In this document: piece by piece, positions 27,932-41,002 of the stretch
How positions within the stretch are numbered: the stretch's first letter is position 1
Layout: the number at the start of each line of letters is the position of its first letter
Source of the DNA: Eledone cirrhosa
Taxonomy: Eukaryota
DNA length: 64,000 nucleotides
Direction: 5' to 3'
NCBI GenBank assembly: GCA_964016885.1
Contig: OZ024740.1
Location: 140,244,001-140,308,000, forward strand
Position numbers and translations under genes: made by a program
Notes under the pieces: generated by a model
What the model was told of the DNA's origin: nothing
The model's input: the letters and a program-made list of their open reading frames with translations, nothing else
The model's database searches: none

Positions 27932-30900
27932 CTTTCTTTTTATTTGCCACCAGGGCATCAAAAGTGGGACAAGTACAAAGGGGGGAGTTTACATGCAAAG
28001 GCATCCTCAATATAGAGGAGGCAATAACAAGATATAAAAGTATAAAAATAAAATAAAATATAACAAAATAAATTTTATAACAAAATCCTCAATAGGGAGG
28101 AGGCGCCTTGGGGGGTCGCACACACCCCCGAAAAAAAGTGTGCTACCCTTCTCCTCAGGAGCACAGAGAGGGGGTGCTCCCTTGGTCTTTCATCTTCCTC
28201 ACCTATAGTCTGATGTAGAGTGAAGGCCCATTCACACGGGCCATTCTCGCCACTTTCACCCATCTTTCATAAAAACGGCTGGGGTGCAGAACCTCTCTCT
28301 CCATCCTGATCCTTCTTCCGAAATGATATCGGAAGAAACGGACCAGTTGTTGGCCAGAGAGAAAGGTGTCTGACCTCAGTCCTTTCAGACGCGTCCACCA
28401 TACAACCTCTTTCGCCATGGCTATTACGCAGAGAAACACCGCCTCTCCTTCGTTTTTGAAGAGGGGAGGCGGCTTGATCGTTACAGTAGACTCGGTGGTC
28501 AACCGGATCGGCCCCACCCTTGACAGCAGTTGTTCGACATAGCCCCACAGATCGACAATGCCCGAGCAGTGTACCAAAGCGTGTTCAACGGTTTCCTCGT
28601 CGCACACGCATCTGGGACAGATCTTTTTCGAGGGGTCTCTACCCGGGCGCCCGTATCTGTAGAGCCTTTCTCGAACGGGCAGAGCCCCTCGGTAGCACTG
28701 CCAGGCCAGGGACCTCTGGAAGTTGTCCATGGGTCCCGTGCTGAACGTCCTACCGAACAGGTTGTCCAGTTCGTCTTCCTCCATGCCTAGGGCTTCTCCG
28801 AGGGCGTCGTCGCACCTGCTAACCACCAGCCCTCTATAGAATGACGAGGTGGATTCTCCACTGACAGCCGGGTCCGCCTGTCAGAGAGCTTGGGCGCCTG
28901 GGCACACTCGGTGTGCCAGGCGCCCAATTTTCTCAGTCTTTGCTTGACCCAGGATTGCAGCTCGGTGAGTGAGACGAGTCTGGGAAAGGCTCGCCTCACA
29001 AACGGGGCCCACACCGGTTGACCGGTGAGGAATACCTTGAGGTGCCGTAGCCTTAATGCGTGTTTACGTATCATTAACCACGGCATCCCCAGCCCTCCTT
29101 TCGAAGGGTGTTGACAGCAGATGGATCTCCTTACCATAGGAGCCCGCTTCTTCCAAAGGAATTGGAAGCGTGTGCGCTCCATTTTGGCGAGCGTTTCCCT
29201 TGGGCAAGGCACAACGGTCAGGCAGTAGTAGATGACGGACGCTATATAAGTGTTCGCCACCTCCGCCCGACCATTTAGGGACAGTTTGCACTCGGCCCAC
29301 TTCTGGGTCAGTGCAAACACCCTGTTCGTTACCTCACCCCAGTTCTTCTCTACCTGGAGGTCTGGTCCGAACCAGACCACCGAGCAACTTCACCGGGCCC
29401 TCCGTCCAGCGCCCGACGACGCCATCGGAGGGCATGGATCTGCCCCTCCACGTGCCGAGTTGCAGACCGATCGACTTGTCCCGGTTCAGCTTAGCCCCTG
29501 TAAACCTTTCGTACTCCTCCAGTAAGGTGCCGATCGCCCCGATTTCCGAGGCCGTCGATACCATTACTGTTACGTCGTCGGCGTAGGCCGACACCGCTTT
29601 CCGCAATCCCAGTTCCAACGGGATGCCCTGCAACAACTCCAACTTCCGCAGCAGTGGCTCTAGAGTCATTACAGAAGGGAGGAGAGAGGGCACCCTTGTC
29701 GCATGGACCGCGCGATTTCGAACGGCTCCGAAAGGTAGCCGTTCACCTTGACCCTAGAGCAGATGCGGCTGCTGTGCATGGCATTGTTCCAGCCCCTGAA
29801 AACGGGTCCGAAGCCTTCCACCGCTAGCACCGCATTCAGGTAACCATGGTCGACCCTATCGAACGCCTTAGATTGATCCAAGTTGATCAGGGCCCCATCA
29901 AAGTCGGGTTCGTTCCCAACCCTCTCTATGATGTATCGCATGAGGTGGAGGTTGTCGTGGATGGACCTGGACGGGATAGCACATGTCTGCGCATCTCCCA
30001 CCAGGTTGCCCACGGCAAGTGCCAACCTCTTTGCTAGCACCTTGGCCAAAATCTGTAACTCTGTATTTAACAGAGTTATGGGCCTGAAATTATTTATATC
30101 GTCCCCCTTGTTCTCGTCCTTCCTCACTAGCGTGACTACGCCCTTGGTCACAGCACAGGGAATTCTCCCGTTCTGTTGCCAGTTGCAGTAGATGGCTTCG
30201 AGGAGATTGGGGAACAAGTCCGGCATAGCTAGATACAGTTCGTATGGAAGACCATCGAGACCCGGGGATTTTCGTTTGCCGCATTGGCTCAGCACGTCCT
30301 CTATCTCAGCGGCTGAAATTGGCTCCTCGCAGGACTTCGCCTCCCTGTCCGAGAGACGCGGCAGGCCGTCGAGGTATGGACCGAAGTCCACATCCCCAAC
30401 CGGCTCCCCGCCCCTTCCGAACAATCCGGCAAAGTGCTTTTGAAAAACCTCGCACATCTGCTTAGGTTCAAGGATCACCCGTCCATCCTGGTCTCGCAAA
30501 GACCGGATAGTAGATCTGCTCCCTCTTTTGGCTTCTGTCACGCGGGCCCAGCTAACAGCTTTGGTCCCCTCGTTTCCCAGAGCACGTATTTTGCTTCGGA
30601 CGATGCAGCCTTCGTGTTTCGCGTCGAAGAACTGGCCCAGGGCCGTTCTCGACGCTAGCACTCTGGCCGCGTCGCCGCTTCTAATTGCCTCTTCTACACT
30701 ATCTACCAGCTCCCTTTCCTTCCTATTTCTATTTGAGGCTAACTCCTTACTAAATTCTATAGAGACTACTCTAATCTCTCTTTTGAGAGATCCCCACCAC
30801 CTGCTGTTGACAATGGCGCCCGTCAACCGCTCCTTAACCAGAGTGCTAATCCGGTCCCTGTAAGCCTTACTTGCCGGTAAGGACAAGTTGAGCTTCCAGT

Positions 30901-32131
30901 AACCGGGTCCCTGTCTATGAGTTCTGTCAAGGTTGACCATGCAGCTCACTAACTTGTGGTCTAAATAGCCAACCATGCTCATTTTTGGACAACTTAAAAA
31001 GTCCTTATTCTTATTTCTAACTAAGAACCTATCTAGGTACGACCTAGATGATCCGCTACGATTTGCCCAAGTCCAGGTTGGCGCAGTCGGAAAATCTAGT
31101 CGATATCTATCGGCCAGGTCAAATCGACCGATTAACCCTTTGATGCTATTACACCCCTCTCTATCGGGACAGGACCCTACGTAGTCCCAGCGTGCATCTA
31201 GGATACCATTCCAGTCCCCCACTAATAGCAAGGAGCGGGACGTCCCTAGAAAAGTCTCCAGACGATGGAAGAAGTCCGGATGCATTGACCCGAAAGGGCC
31301 GTAGGCGGCTACCAACCTAAACGCTCCGCCTTCACCACTGCCAAGGTCCAGAACCACTAGTCGACCCTCCGGGTCCAAATGTACCGTCTGTGTTGCGAGA
31401 CCCAGATGTTTTTGCAGCAGAACGGCCACCCCACCGCCACCTCCGGGCTGACAGAGAGATGGGTGCATCTCAAAGTCATCAAAGGTGGGGGCCAGCTGTC
31501 GCACGTTGCTGATCCGGGCCTCGCAAATAACCATCACATTCATACGTTGTGACCTGAGGTCATTTAGAAGCATTGCTTGCTTCCAAGTTGAGCCCAGGCC
31601 ACGCGCATTTAGACAGCCTACTCTTAGCATAGCCATGTTGGTGGTGAAGAGAAAAGGCACTTACCTCTCTGCGTCCCGGGTATCGGGCCGCACAATTTCC
31701 ATGAGGGTGGGGATTGGTTGTTGGGTGGGGTGGTGGTTTGTGGAAGTGTAGGGGCATCAGTGTGTTGTGTGGTTGGGGTGTTTGGATTTGTGTGGGTGTT
31801 TCGGGAGGGGGTGGGGTAGTTTTTTAGGAGGACGCGGTTAATGGGCCCGACGCGGGGGGGGGGGGGGGGACACGTCCTCTTTAAAGTTGTCTTTTAGAGT
31901 TTTATAAGTGTCCTTTGGGGCCTTAATCATTTTGAGGTGGGGGAAATCCCCTGCCTGGGTGAAGTTAGGCCCTTGGGTTTTTATTAAATTGTTGTTGTAC
32001 ACAATGTTTAACAGTTTTTTGTTTCTTGTGTTTATGTATGTGCATGCATGTTTTTGTTTTTGTGTGGTGTTTTTTGTTTGCTGTTGTTGTGTGCTCTTTT
32101 GTATTGGTGTCTGTGTTATGTTTTGGGGAGG
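27931..32131 (-). mobile_element. 5'-truncated L1/Tx1 copy B (3' part of ORF1 plus disrupted ORF2)
   Basis: Colinear and highly similar to copy A. ORF2 spans ~28203-31636 with indels near 29669, 29378 and 28890. It is truncated inside ORF1 and abuts (GATA/GACA)n. Confidence 0.92.
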
Positions 32132-32170
32132 GATAGATAGATAGACAGACAGATAGACAGAGACAGACAG

Positions 32171-32201
<31 letters not shown>

Positions 32202-32284
32202 GACAGACAGATAGACAGAGACAGACAGATAGATAGATAGATAAATAGATAGATAGACAGACAGATAGACAGAGACAGACAGAC

Positions 32285-32325
<41 letters not shown>

Positions 32326-32472
32326 TGTTTCTTTTATTTGCCACTAGGGCATCAAAAGTGGGACAAGTACAAAGGGGGGAGTTTACATAAAAAGGCGTCC
32401 TCAATAAGGAGGAGGCAATAACAAAATATAAAAATAAAATAAGATATAACAAAAAATAAAATTTATAACAAA
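32326..32472 (-). mobile_element. 3'-UTR-only L1/Tx1 copy C
   Basis: Near-identical to copy A 22156-22302, with (GATA)n on both sides. Confidence 0.88.
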
Positions 32473-32522
<50 letters not shown>

Positions 32523-32546
32523 GCTAGTTAGATAGATAGATTTCTT

Positions 32547-32617
<71 letters not shown>

Positions 32618-33351
32618 TGTAAGTTTCCGAAGAGGTCAAACTTTATCTTATACAAATAATCAATTAAATAGAAAACGGTGTCAGCTTCTGAATGCCCTAA
32701 TCTCCGCCATTTTTTGTTACTTTTATTGTTGTTTATGTTGTTGTTCATGTTATTGTTGCTGCTGCTGCTACTATTGTATCGTCTGCTTTCTTGGAAATAT
32801 GGAAAAATGAATTACGACGATCATCAGATCCAACCAAAGAAACTATGTTTCTATTGGTTTTTCTATTGCTGATACAATCTGCCGGTCACAACTCCTGACA
32901 CAACATGCTGCTTTTTATCCCTTTACTTCCTTCTCTCCAAATCTCATTCTATATCTATCTAGCTAGCAAACTCACTCTCTCTATATATATAAATATATAT
33001 GTGTATGTGTGTGCGCGCGCGCGTGCGTGTGTGTGCGATATATATATGTGTGTGTATATATATATATATTGAAACTAGTACAGCGTTCCTTTGTCAGTGT
33101 TGAACAAATGAGCAACGATGGTTGCTAGACACTACGGCTTAATACGGGATGTTTGTTTGTTTACAAACACACCGAGCATTATAATAAATGTTCGGTGAAT
33201 CCATACGTACATATATATATGTGTGCATGTATGTATATATATATACATACTACTGTACGTCTGTATACATATATGTATGTACGTGTACATACTTATATTT
33301 AAGTAACAGCCGTACTAAGAGTGGGAAATGAAATTTCGTTTCATTTTTTCC

Positions 33352-33414
<63 letters not shown>

Positions 33415-33592
33415 ACATAAACAGAGAAAGCCTTAGGCGATACTCCGACCAACTCCATCTCACTCAACAAACATTAGGATATACTTAAGTATTATCCCAA
33501 TTTAGTGTTTGGGCTGCTAACTAATCAGTATTTCGTGGATAGCTGGTTGTATTATTTTATATGAGACATAATTAAATAAATATCTCTTTCCT

Positions 33593-33717
33593 TCCAGACG
33601 ATCGTTTCGTTATAAGATTTCTACAATTTGGGATAAATAATTTCCAGGTTATGTAGAAACTTGTATATAATCCATAGTTTTATACACAAGCGTGTTCTTA
33701 TAAACTCATCAGTGGAT
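33593..33717 (-). ncRNA. Type-I hammerhead ribozyme motif with an enlarged, branched stem II
   Basis: Minus strand: atcca-CTGATGA-gtttataaga...(two internal hairpins)...tcttataac-GAAA-CGATCG-TC-tgga. GUC triplet, palindromic stem III and stem I tcca/tgga. Confidence 0.65.
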
Positions 33718-34182
33718 GTCCAAATAATATCGATATAAAAATTACATCGACATTAATAGAATGGTGATTGTCACCTTCAGCGCTAAGAAGAGACTGGTAG
33801 ATTCGAAAATTCAGCAGTCTTCTCAAAGATAAAATACACGCTGCCCCCAAGAGGGTAAGGGGAGGTCATCTTAAAATAAAACAATATACACGCTGGTCAT
33901 TTAAACCTGTTAGGTATTAACCACGTGTATAAGAACTCAATTGGAAATTAAAAGAATAACCATATGTATACACAACCAATGCACACACAGAGATATTAAA
34001 ACATAATAAATACATGTATGGATCACCCATATACAAACATAGCCATTCTCTAAGGCTAAATCAGACATAGGATATAAGGAAGATCAATCAGTATTTCATA
34101 TAAAAAATAATAATAATAAAGAGAGTCATACCTTATATCTGGAAATCATATCAGGCCCCCAAGAGTATATATTCAATACATA

Positions 34183-34365
<183 letters not shown>

Positions 34366-34499
34366 TAGATCGATTTACATCCATGTCGTTTTTATCATTT
34401 TTAAAAATATAACCCAAAAATGAAGCATGTCATTTCTTGATAGCCGACTTCCACGCCATGTCTAGTGCACTAGACAGAGCAGATGTCTGATTTGACTTC

Positions 34500-34792
34500 A
34501 CCAAAACGTGTCTAACACAGGTAGTCTACTGTTAGGGTTTTTGGAAGGGTGTCGATAGTTACAGTTATACTCTGGTGTATGGAATTAACTATCTGCTGGA
34601 TGCTTTCCATTGTGCTACATTCTAAATCATACTTGTTAGTATTCTCTTGTGGGGATGTCCTTATTACTATATTAATGTCGTCTACGTAACGACAGTACAT
34701 GATGAGGTCTATGGAGCTCTCATCAAGGAGATCTTTGAGTCTCCTTTCCCACCATACCATAAAAAGGTTGGCAACGTCATCAGCTATGTGTG
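34500..34792 (-). pseudogene. Penelope-like element reverse transcriptase fragment
   Basis: IADDVANLFMVWWE...YCRYVDDINIV...IVNSIHQSITVTID contains the catalytic YVDD and a PLE-type NSIH.I..T motif. Confidence 0.7.
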
Positions 34793-35034
34793 TTTATATC
34801 TATATTATATCTGTATTTTTTACCGTTGGTCAGTCAATGGTAAACATTGAGGACCGAATGAATAAACTGATATAAAAGATACTGAAGCGAAAACCAACCA
34901 AACAGTGAGTGTGTTCTGTTATTATTTCTGGCAATATTATTACAACAATATGACCCTCCCCAAGTATAACAATATTTGTTTCGACACACGATTTCATATC
35001 AAAAACCTCGCAAAACAAATATATAAATATATAT

Positions 35035-35212
35035 TCTTCTTCTTCTTCGTCTTATTCTTCTTCTTCTTCTTCTACTTCGCCCACTTTTTCCTGAGAGAGT
35101 CGTGGGGCCAGAGTTCTTAAACACTCCTTCCAGCGGGTCTTATCAAAAGCAGCCGTCTCCAACTGATCCGGCTGGATCCCCAAGCGTGACCAGCCAAGCT
35201 CATGGATGTTAT
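35035..35212 (-). mobile_element. RTE LINE 3' end with (GAA)n tail
   Basis: NIHELGWSRLGIQPDQLETAAFDKTRWKECL followed by GAA repeats. Same family as 4830-5132. Confidence 0.7.
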
Positions 35213-36611
35213 GTATATATATATACGCACACACGTCCGTTAGTATTGACCAACGTGAGAATGAGTACTCGATATCATTGTACAGATTTATATTTCATTA
35301 CGGTTTTAACCAGTCCACTGTTACTCGGGATCAGCCTTGATAATATAGATACAATCTAGCCGGTCGGATTGATTGTCCCTACAATTCAAAGATTTTGCCT
35401 TGTAACATATTCTATTTGACGATTACATTATGGGTGCACACATCTGTGGAATAATCAACCTCTTACATATTAATTCACTTTTTTTCCGTGAGGGTTTATG
35501 TGTGGGCTGATCTAAAATGAAATCTAGACTGTAGCCCGGCACTCATGGTCATGTTTAGAGAACCTTAGAAAAACAATGGAACTTCCTTAATCTAAACTGA
35601 CATTGAAGAGACACGAAGGGGAAGAGATGGGTAACGTAAAAATAAAAACAAAAAAAACAACGTAAAGAGGTGAAACAGACGATAATAAACAAACATCACT
35701 AATGATGATTTTTTTTCCCTAACTTTGACACACACGACCAGACAACTGTAGAGAAATGTTATGGTAGAGTGAATTTACCATATTTTTCCGTATATAAGAC
35801 GCACTGGTCTATTAGATGTGACTTTATTTTGAAAAAGAAAAAGGGTTTATTTTAGAAGAAAACTAATAGTATCGAACTATCGAAGTGCTGAGTAGTTACG
35901 AAATCCATAGAAAATGTAGGAATTTCGGCTGAAGAAAATAACTGTAAGCACAGTCGATTGATATAAATAATAGCTCAGAAAACTGGGTAAAATATCTCTA
36001 TAGACGGGAAGAAAGTGGTCAGTCGCGCTACGAAGAATTGAACTTCGTATCTTCCGGAATTTGAGAGATACGAAGTTTGATTATTCGTAGGAATTGCTGG
36101 CTACATTTTTCTGTCCACAGGGGTATTTTACCTGGTTTTCTGAGCTATTATTTATAATTATTTTTTAAGTTTTAGATCCTATATTTTCTAATAATGTAGT
36201 GTTTATAATTATGTTTTAATAGTGTTTATAATTATTTTCTAAGTTTGCGATTCTACATTTTCTATGAAATAATAATAGTATTAATCACAGGTTAGATGTG
36301 TCTTTGCAGACATAAGCTCGCATATCTGATGAGATGTCGAAAAAGAGTCGGGCCCCGTCACCTTGATTGTACCCTGAGCTGATCGATATCGAAACAATTG
36401 AAATATACAAATAAAGTTTGTGCATATGCTGCAACACTGACTTCGTCTCTTTTAAATCTATTTACACTCTGCACACTACAGCCATAACACCGGAATACAA
36501 CCCAAACGAAACAGTCCGCCTAACAGCATCGAGTGCTTCAACCGGTGCACCGCCTGTACATTATACTATGGAGTTTGTCAGCTCCGTCATTTAGCTGAGC
36601 TCGACTGTCGC

Positions 36612-36745
36612 CAGCAATGGAGACCTGATCCCGGAGATCAACCGCAGATGTGGCCTGGCTGCCGGAGTCATGATGTCCCTCTGGAAGCCCCTTTGGCGCC
36701 ATCGCTCAATCTCCCAGAAGACGAGGCTCCGTATTTACGACGCTC
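36612..36745 (+). pseudogene. RTE-clade LINE RT fragment
   Basis: Translates to NGDLIPEINRRCGLAAGVMMSLWKPLWRHRSISQKTRLRIY, matching the EI.RR...A.....L...W....I...TK.R.Y pattern after the RT core of RTE elements. Confidence 0.6.
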
Positions 36746-36780
36746 TACCGATACTGCAAATCCGCTACCCATAAATGTAC

Positions 36781-36811
<31 letters not shown>

Positions 36812-37438
36812 CATAATTACATATACGTAAGTATATACTTACGAAGGTTTGTATGTATGTATGTACATATGTATGTATGTATGTACGTGCGTATATACAT
36901 ATGTATATACGTACGTGTGTATGTATGTACATATGTATGTATGTACGTGCGTATATACATATGTATATACGTATGTGTGTATGTATGTATGTATATATAT
37001 ATGTATGTACGCATGTACGCATGTATGTATGTGTATGTATGTATGTTTATATATATGTATGTACATATGTATGTGTATGTATGTATGTTTATATATATGT
37101 ATGTACATATGTATGTATCTATGTAGGTATGTACGTGAGTCGTTCTCCCTAATGTTTCATTTCCGAAAACTCAAAATGAATCATGTTATCATAAACACGT
37201 TTCTTTTCTCTTTTATTGTTTCATTTTCATTCCAATTCTTTATTTCTCTTTCATTTTTTCATTCGTTTCTTTCTTATTTTTTTTATTTATCATTCATTTA
37301 TTGTTTATCTTTATTTCCTCACCCTTCAAAAGCATCTTCCACCCGTTTTCCATTCGTTCATATTTTTCTCTATAATACGTTTTCAAATTATGTCACGCCA
37401 ATTTAACTTCGGTTCCAGAATGATCTCCTTTATATATA

Positions 37439-37490
<52 letters not shown>

Positions 37491-37586
37491 AGTCTTCACA
37501 TTTATTATTATTACTATATATATATATATTAGTATTGGTATATATATAATTATATATATATATATATATTAGTATTGGTATATATA

Positions 37587-37684
<98 letters not shown>

Positions 37685-38831
37685 TATATATATACCAATA
37701 CTAATATATATATATATATATATATAATTATATATATACCAATACAAAATATATATATATAGTAATAATAATAAATGTGAAGACTAAAATATATATATAT
37801 ATATATATATAGGAGTAAGTAAGACCCCGACGGCTGAGCTCAAGCCGTTTCGACGGCTAATTCTGTACAGGGGTCTTACTTACTCCTATTACCCACTCTA
37901 CTACTCTAAGTATTGAGTACTTTGGTGCGTTATGGTCCACCTGGTTCCTTACCACTTTTTCCTCGCTATATATATATATATATATATATATATAGATATA
38001 TATATATATATATATATATTTCTGCAGCAAATATTTCCCATATAAACCATATCTTTTCCGTTCTTTTCCAACCCTTATGTATTATCTTTAAAACCCCTTA
38101 TCCACCCCTATTCTTAGGATCCCCCATGTTTTCTTCACAAACACACCTACACACCCCACCCTCCCGTTTCATATTTAATCACCATAATAATAACTGAGCA
38201 GCCGACAGAACAAAAAGGCCCTAATTAATTCAATTATCCCCTACCTACACACATATACATACATACACGCAAGCACACATGCACAGAGACACACCTGCAC
38301 GCACCAATACACATGCAGAGACGTACATAATACATACGACACACACACGTACATAATACATACAACACACATACATTCATACAAACATACATACATACAT
38401 ACATAGATACATACATACATAAATACATACATACATACACACACACACACATACATACATACATACATACATACATACATACATACATACATACATACAG
38501 GCATATGTGTAGTGAGTGTGTTTGTATGGATATGTGTCTGCGGATATGTGTGAATATGTGTGTGGATGTATGAGTATGTACGGGGGAGTTTAATGAATTC
38601 TTTGATCCCTAATAATTGATGGTGTGTATGTATGTATGCTCTCTCTCTTTCTCTCTCTCTCGCTCTCTCTCTCTCTCGCTCTATATCTCTCTCGCTCTCT
38701 CGCTCTCTCTATCTCTCTCTCGCTATCTATCTATCTATTTCTCTCTCTCTCTATATATATATATATATCTATCTATCTATCTATCTTCTCTGTCTCTCTC
38801 TCTCTCTATCTCTCTCTCTCTCGCTCTCTCG

Positions 38832-38881
<50 letters not shown>

Positions 38882-39174
38882 CTCTATCTCTCTATTTCTC
38901 TCTCTCTCTCTGTGAGTGTTTGCGAGCGTTATTGTGTGTGTGTGTGTGTGTGTGTGGTGCGCGCGCGTGTGTGTGTATTTGGTGTCTGTGTATGTGTGTC
39001 ATGTGTGTGTGTATATGTGGTGTGTGTGTCTGTGTGTGTTTGTGTTTATGTGTGTGTTTGTCTGCCTGTGTGTGTGTGTGTCTGTCTATCTGTGTGCATG
39101 TGTGTGTATATGTGACGTATGTGTGTGTGTCTGTGTGTGTGTGTGTATGTGTGTGTGTATATGTGGCATGGTGT

Positions 39175-39210
<36 letters not shown>

Positions 39211-39419
39211 ATATATATTTGGTGTGTGTGCATGTGTGTGTGTTTGTATATGTGGTGTGTGTGTGTATGTGTGTGTGTGTGTGTAGGTGCGGTGCGTGTG
39301 TGTGTGTGTATATATATTTGGTGTGTGTGTGTGTGTATGTGTGCATATGCGGTATGGTGTGTGTGTATGTGTGTGTGTATATATATTTGGTGTGTGTGCA
39401 TGTGTGTGTTTGTATATGT

Positions 39420-39503
<84 letters not shown>

Positions 39504-39878
39504 AACGCTGGAAATAACGAAAGAAATAAGAACAGTACTCAATGTTGTGACGTAGAATATTGAATATTGATCCTTAAACTCAAGCAATCTTTCAGGGTGT
39601 CATATTGAAATACATATACACGCACACTCAACACACACACATACACCCCACGTACACACACACAAACATACACATATGCACATGTCTGTGTATTTATGTA
39701 TATGTGTATGTATGCATATGTGTATATATATATATATATATGCGTATGTGTATATATATATATATATATATGTGTATGTATGCATATGTGTATATATATA
39801 TATATATATGCGTGTGTGTGTGTGCGTATGCCTATGTGTGTATTATATGCGTATATATATATACGTATATATATATAT

Positions 39879-40620
39879 CACGATAATTTAATGGAGGCAT
39901 AGGCCCTCGCTATTCCCCGTAAATAATGTGCTCAAAGGAGAAGAGATCCTGAGCTCTTTAAAATACAATATGTTGAGAAGGTAACACACCAGAGAGAGAT
40001 ATACAGTGCGTTATCAATAATACAGGGAAAAACCACCAGTGTATGGAATCTATAACCTATGAAAGGCAGACTATAGACACGATAATTAAAAATATAAATT
40101 AAAGCGTAAATAAATACCTCTATAACTATATAACACACGTACAAATCCAAAGATATGTTTCACCAAAAATTTGTTGAAAGAAATGGTCTAGTCTCGGTTC
40201 ATCAGCGTGGTTAAGGCCATACATTTCAGACAACACTAAGAGAATTTTACAATTGACTGTCCAGCTACATGTGGGAGAGAGAAGTCACAGCGTGTTTAAG
40301 GGCAGTGAACCAGTGGCCTCTGAGGGACGAACTGCTAGAAAGGGCAGCCCAAAGCCACTCAGAGAAGTGTGCTCAACCAAGCAGAGATAGGAAAGACTGT
40401 TATTGGGAGCAAAATATCACGATAAATTAACGGAGGCATAGGCCCTCGTTATTCCCTGTAAATAATGTGCTCAAAGAAGAAGAAATCCTGAGCTCGTTAA
40501 AATACAATATGTTGAGAAGGTAACACAGCGGAGAGAGATATACAGTGCGTTATCAATAATATTATTATTGATAACGCACTATATATCTCTCTGGTGTGTT
40601 ACCTTCTCAACATATTGTAT
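39879..40620. mobile_element. PLE-terminus-like unit: ~140-bp direct repeat, terminal inversion and hammerhead-like motif
   Basis: 39879-40021 is repeated at 40418-40560, and 40567-40618 is an inverted copy of ~40503-40557. Minus strand 40147-40210 reads ccacg-CTGATGA-accgaga...ttttggt-GAAA-cata-TC-tttgg. (TA)n on both sides. Confidence 0.55.
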
Positions 40621-40734
40621 ATATATATATACTTATGTGTATATATATATGTATATATATATATGTGTGTGTGTACCCTTGGTGTAGTAGTAGTAGTAGT
40701 AGTTGTTGTTGTTGTTGTTTTGGTGGCGGTGGTG

Positions 40735-40814
<80 letters not shown>

Positions 40815-41002
40815 GGTGGTGGTGGTTTACGCACCCCATGGTCATCTTTGATCAGGCAGATCCATTTAATGTGTACATCACTGCTGCAACCGCTGAGACG
40901 TTAACTAATTGATTATCTTATCCTCGACACGGCTCGCCTCCTTCAAAACACCTTGGACGTTCATAACTGGAATTCCTCGTTGGGAGCTGATATAAAATTA
41001 AA

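Noticed and set aside
22499-31751. Plus-strand ORFs overlapping the LINEs
   Set aside because: They are antisense shadows of the GC-rich ORF1/ORF2 coding sequence.
35776-35825. pogo/Tc1-like TIR start (taccatatttttccgtatataagacgcac)
   Set aside because: Only one end is visible, with no partner TIR or transposase.
36326-36352. CTGATGA-gatgtc-GAAA-aagagtc as a hammerhead
   Set aside because: Stem II is only 2 bp with a 2-nt loop and there is no convincing stem I or III.
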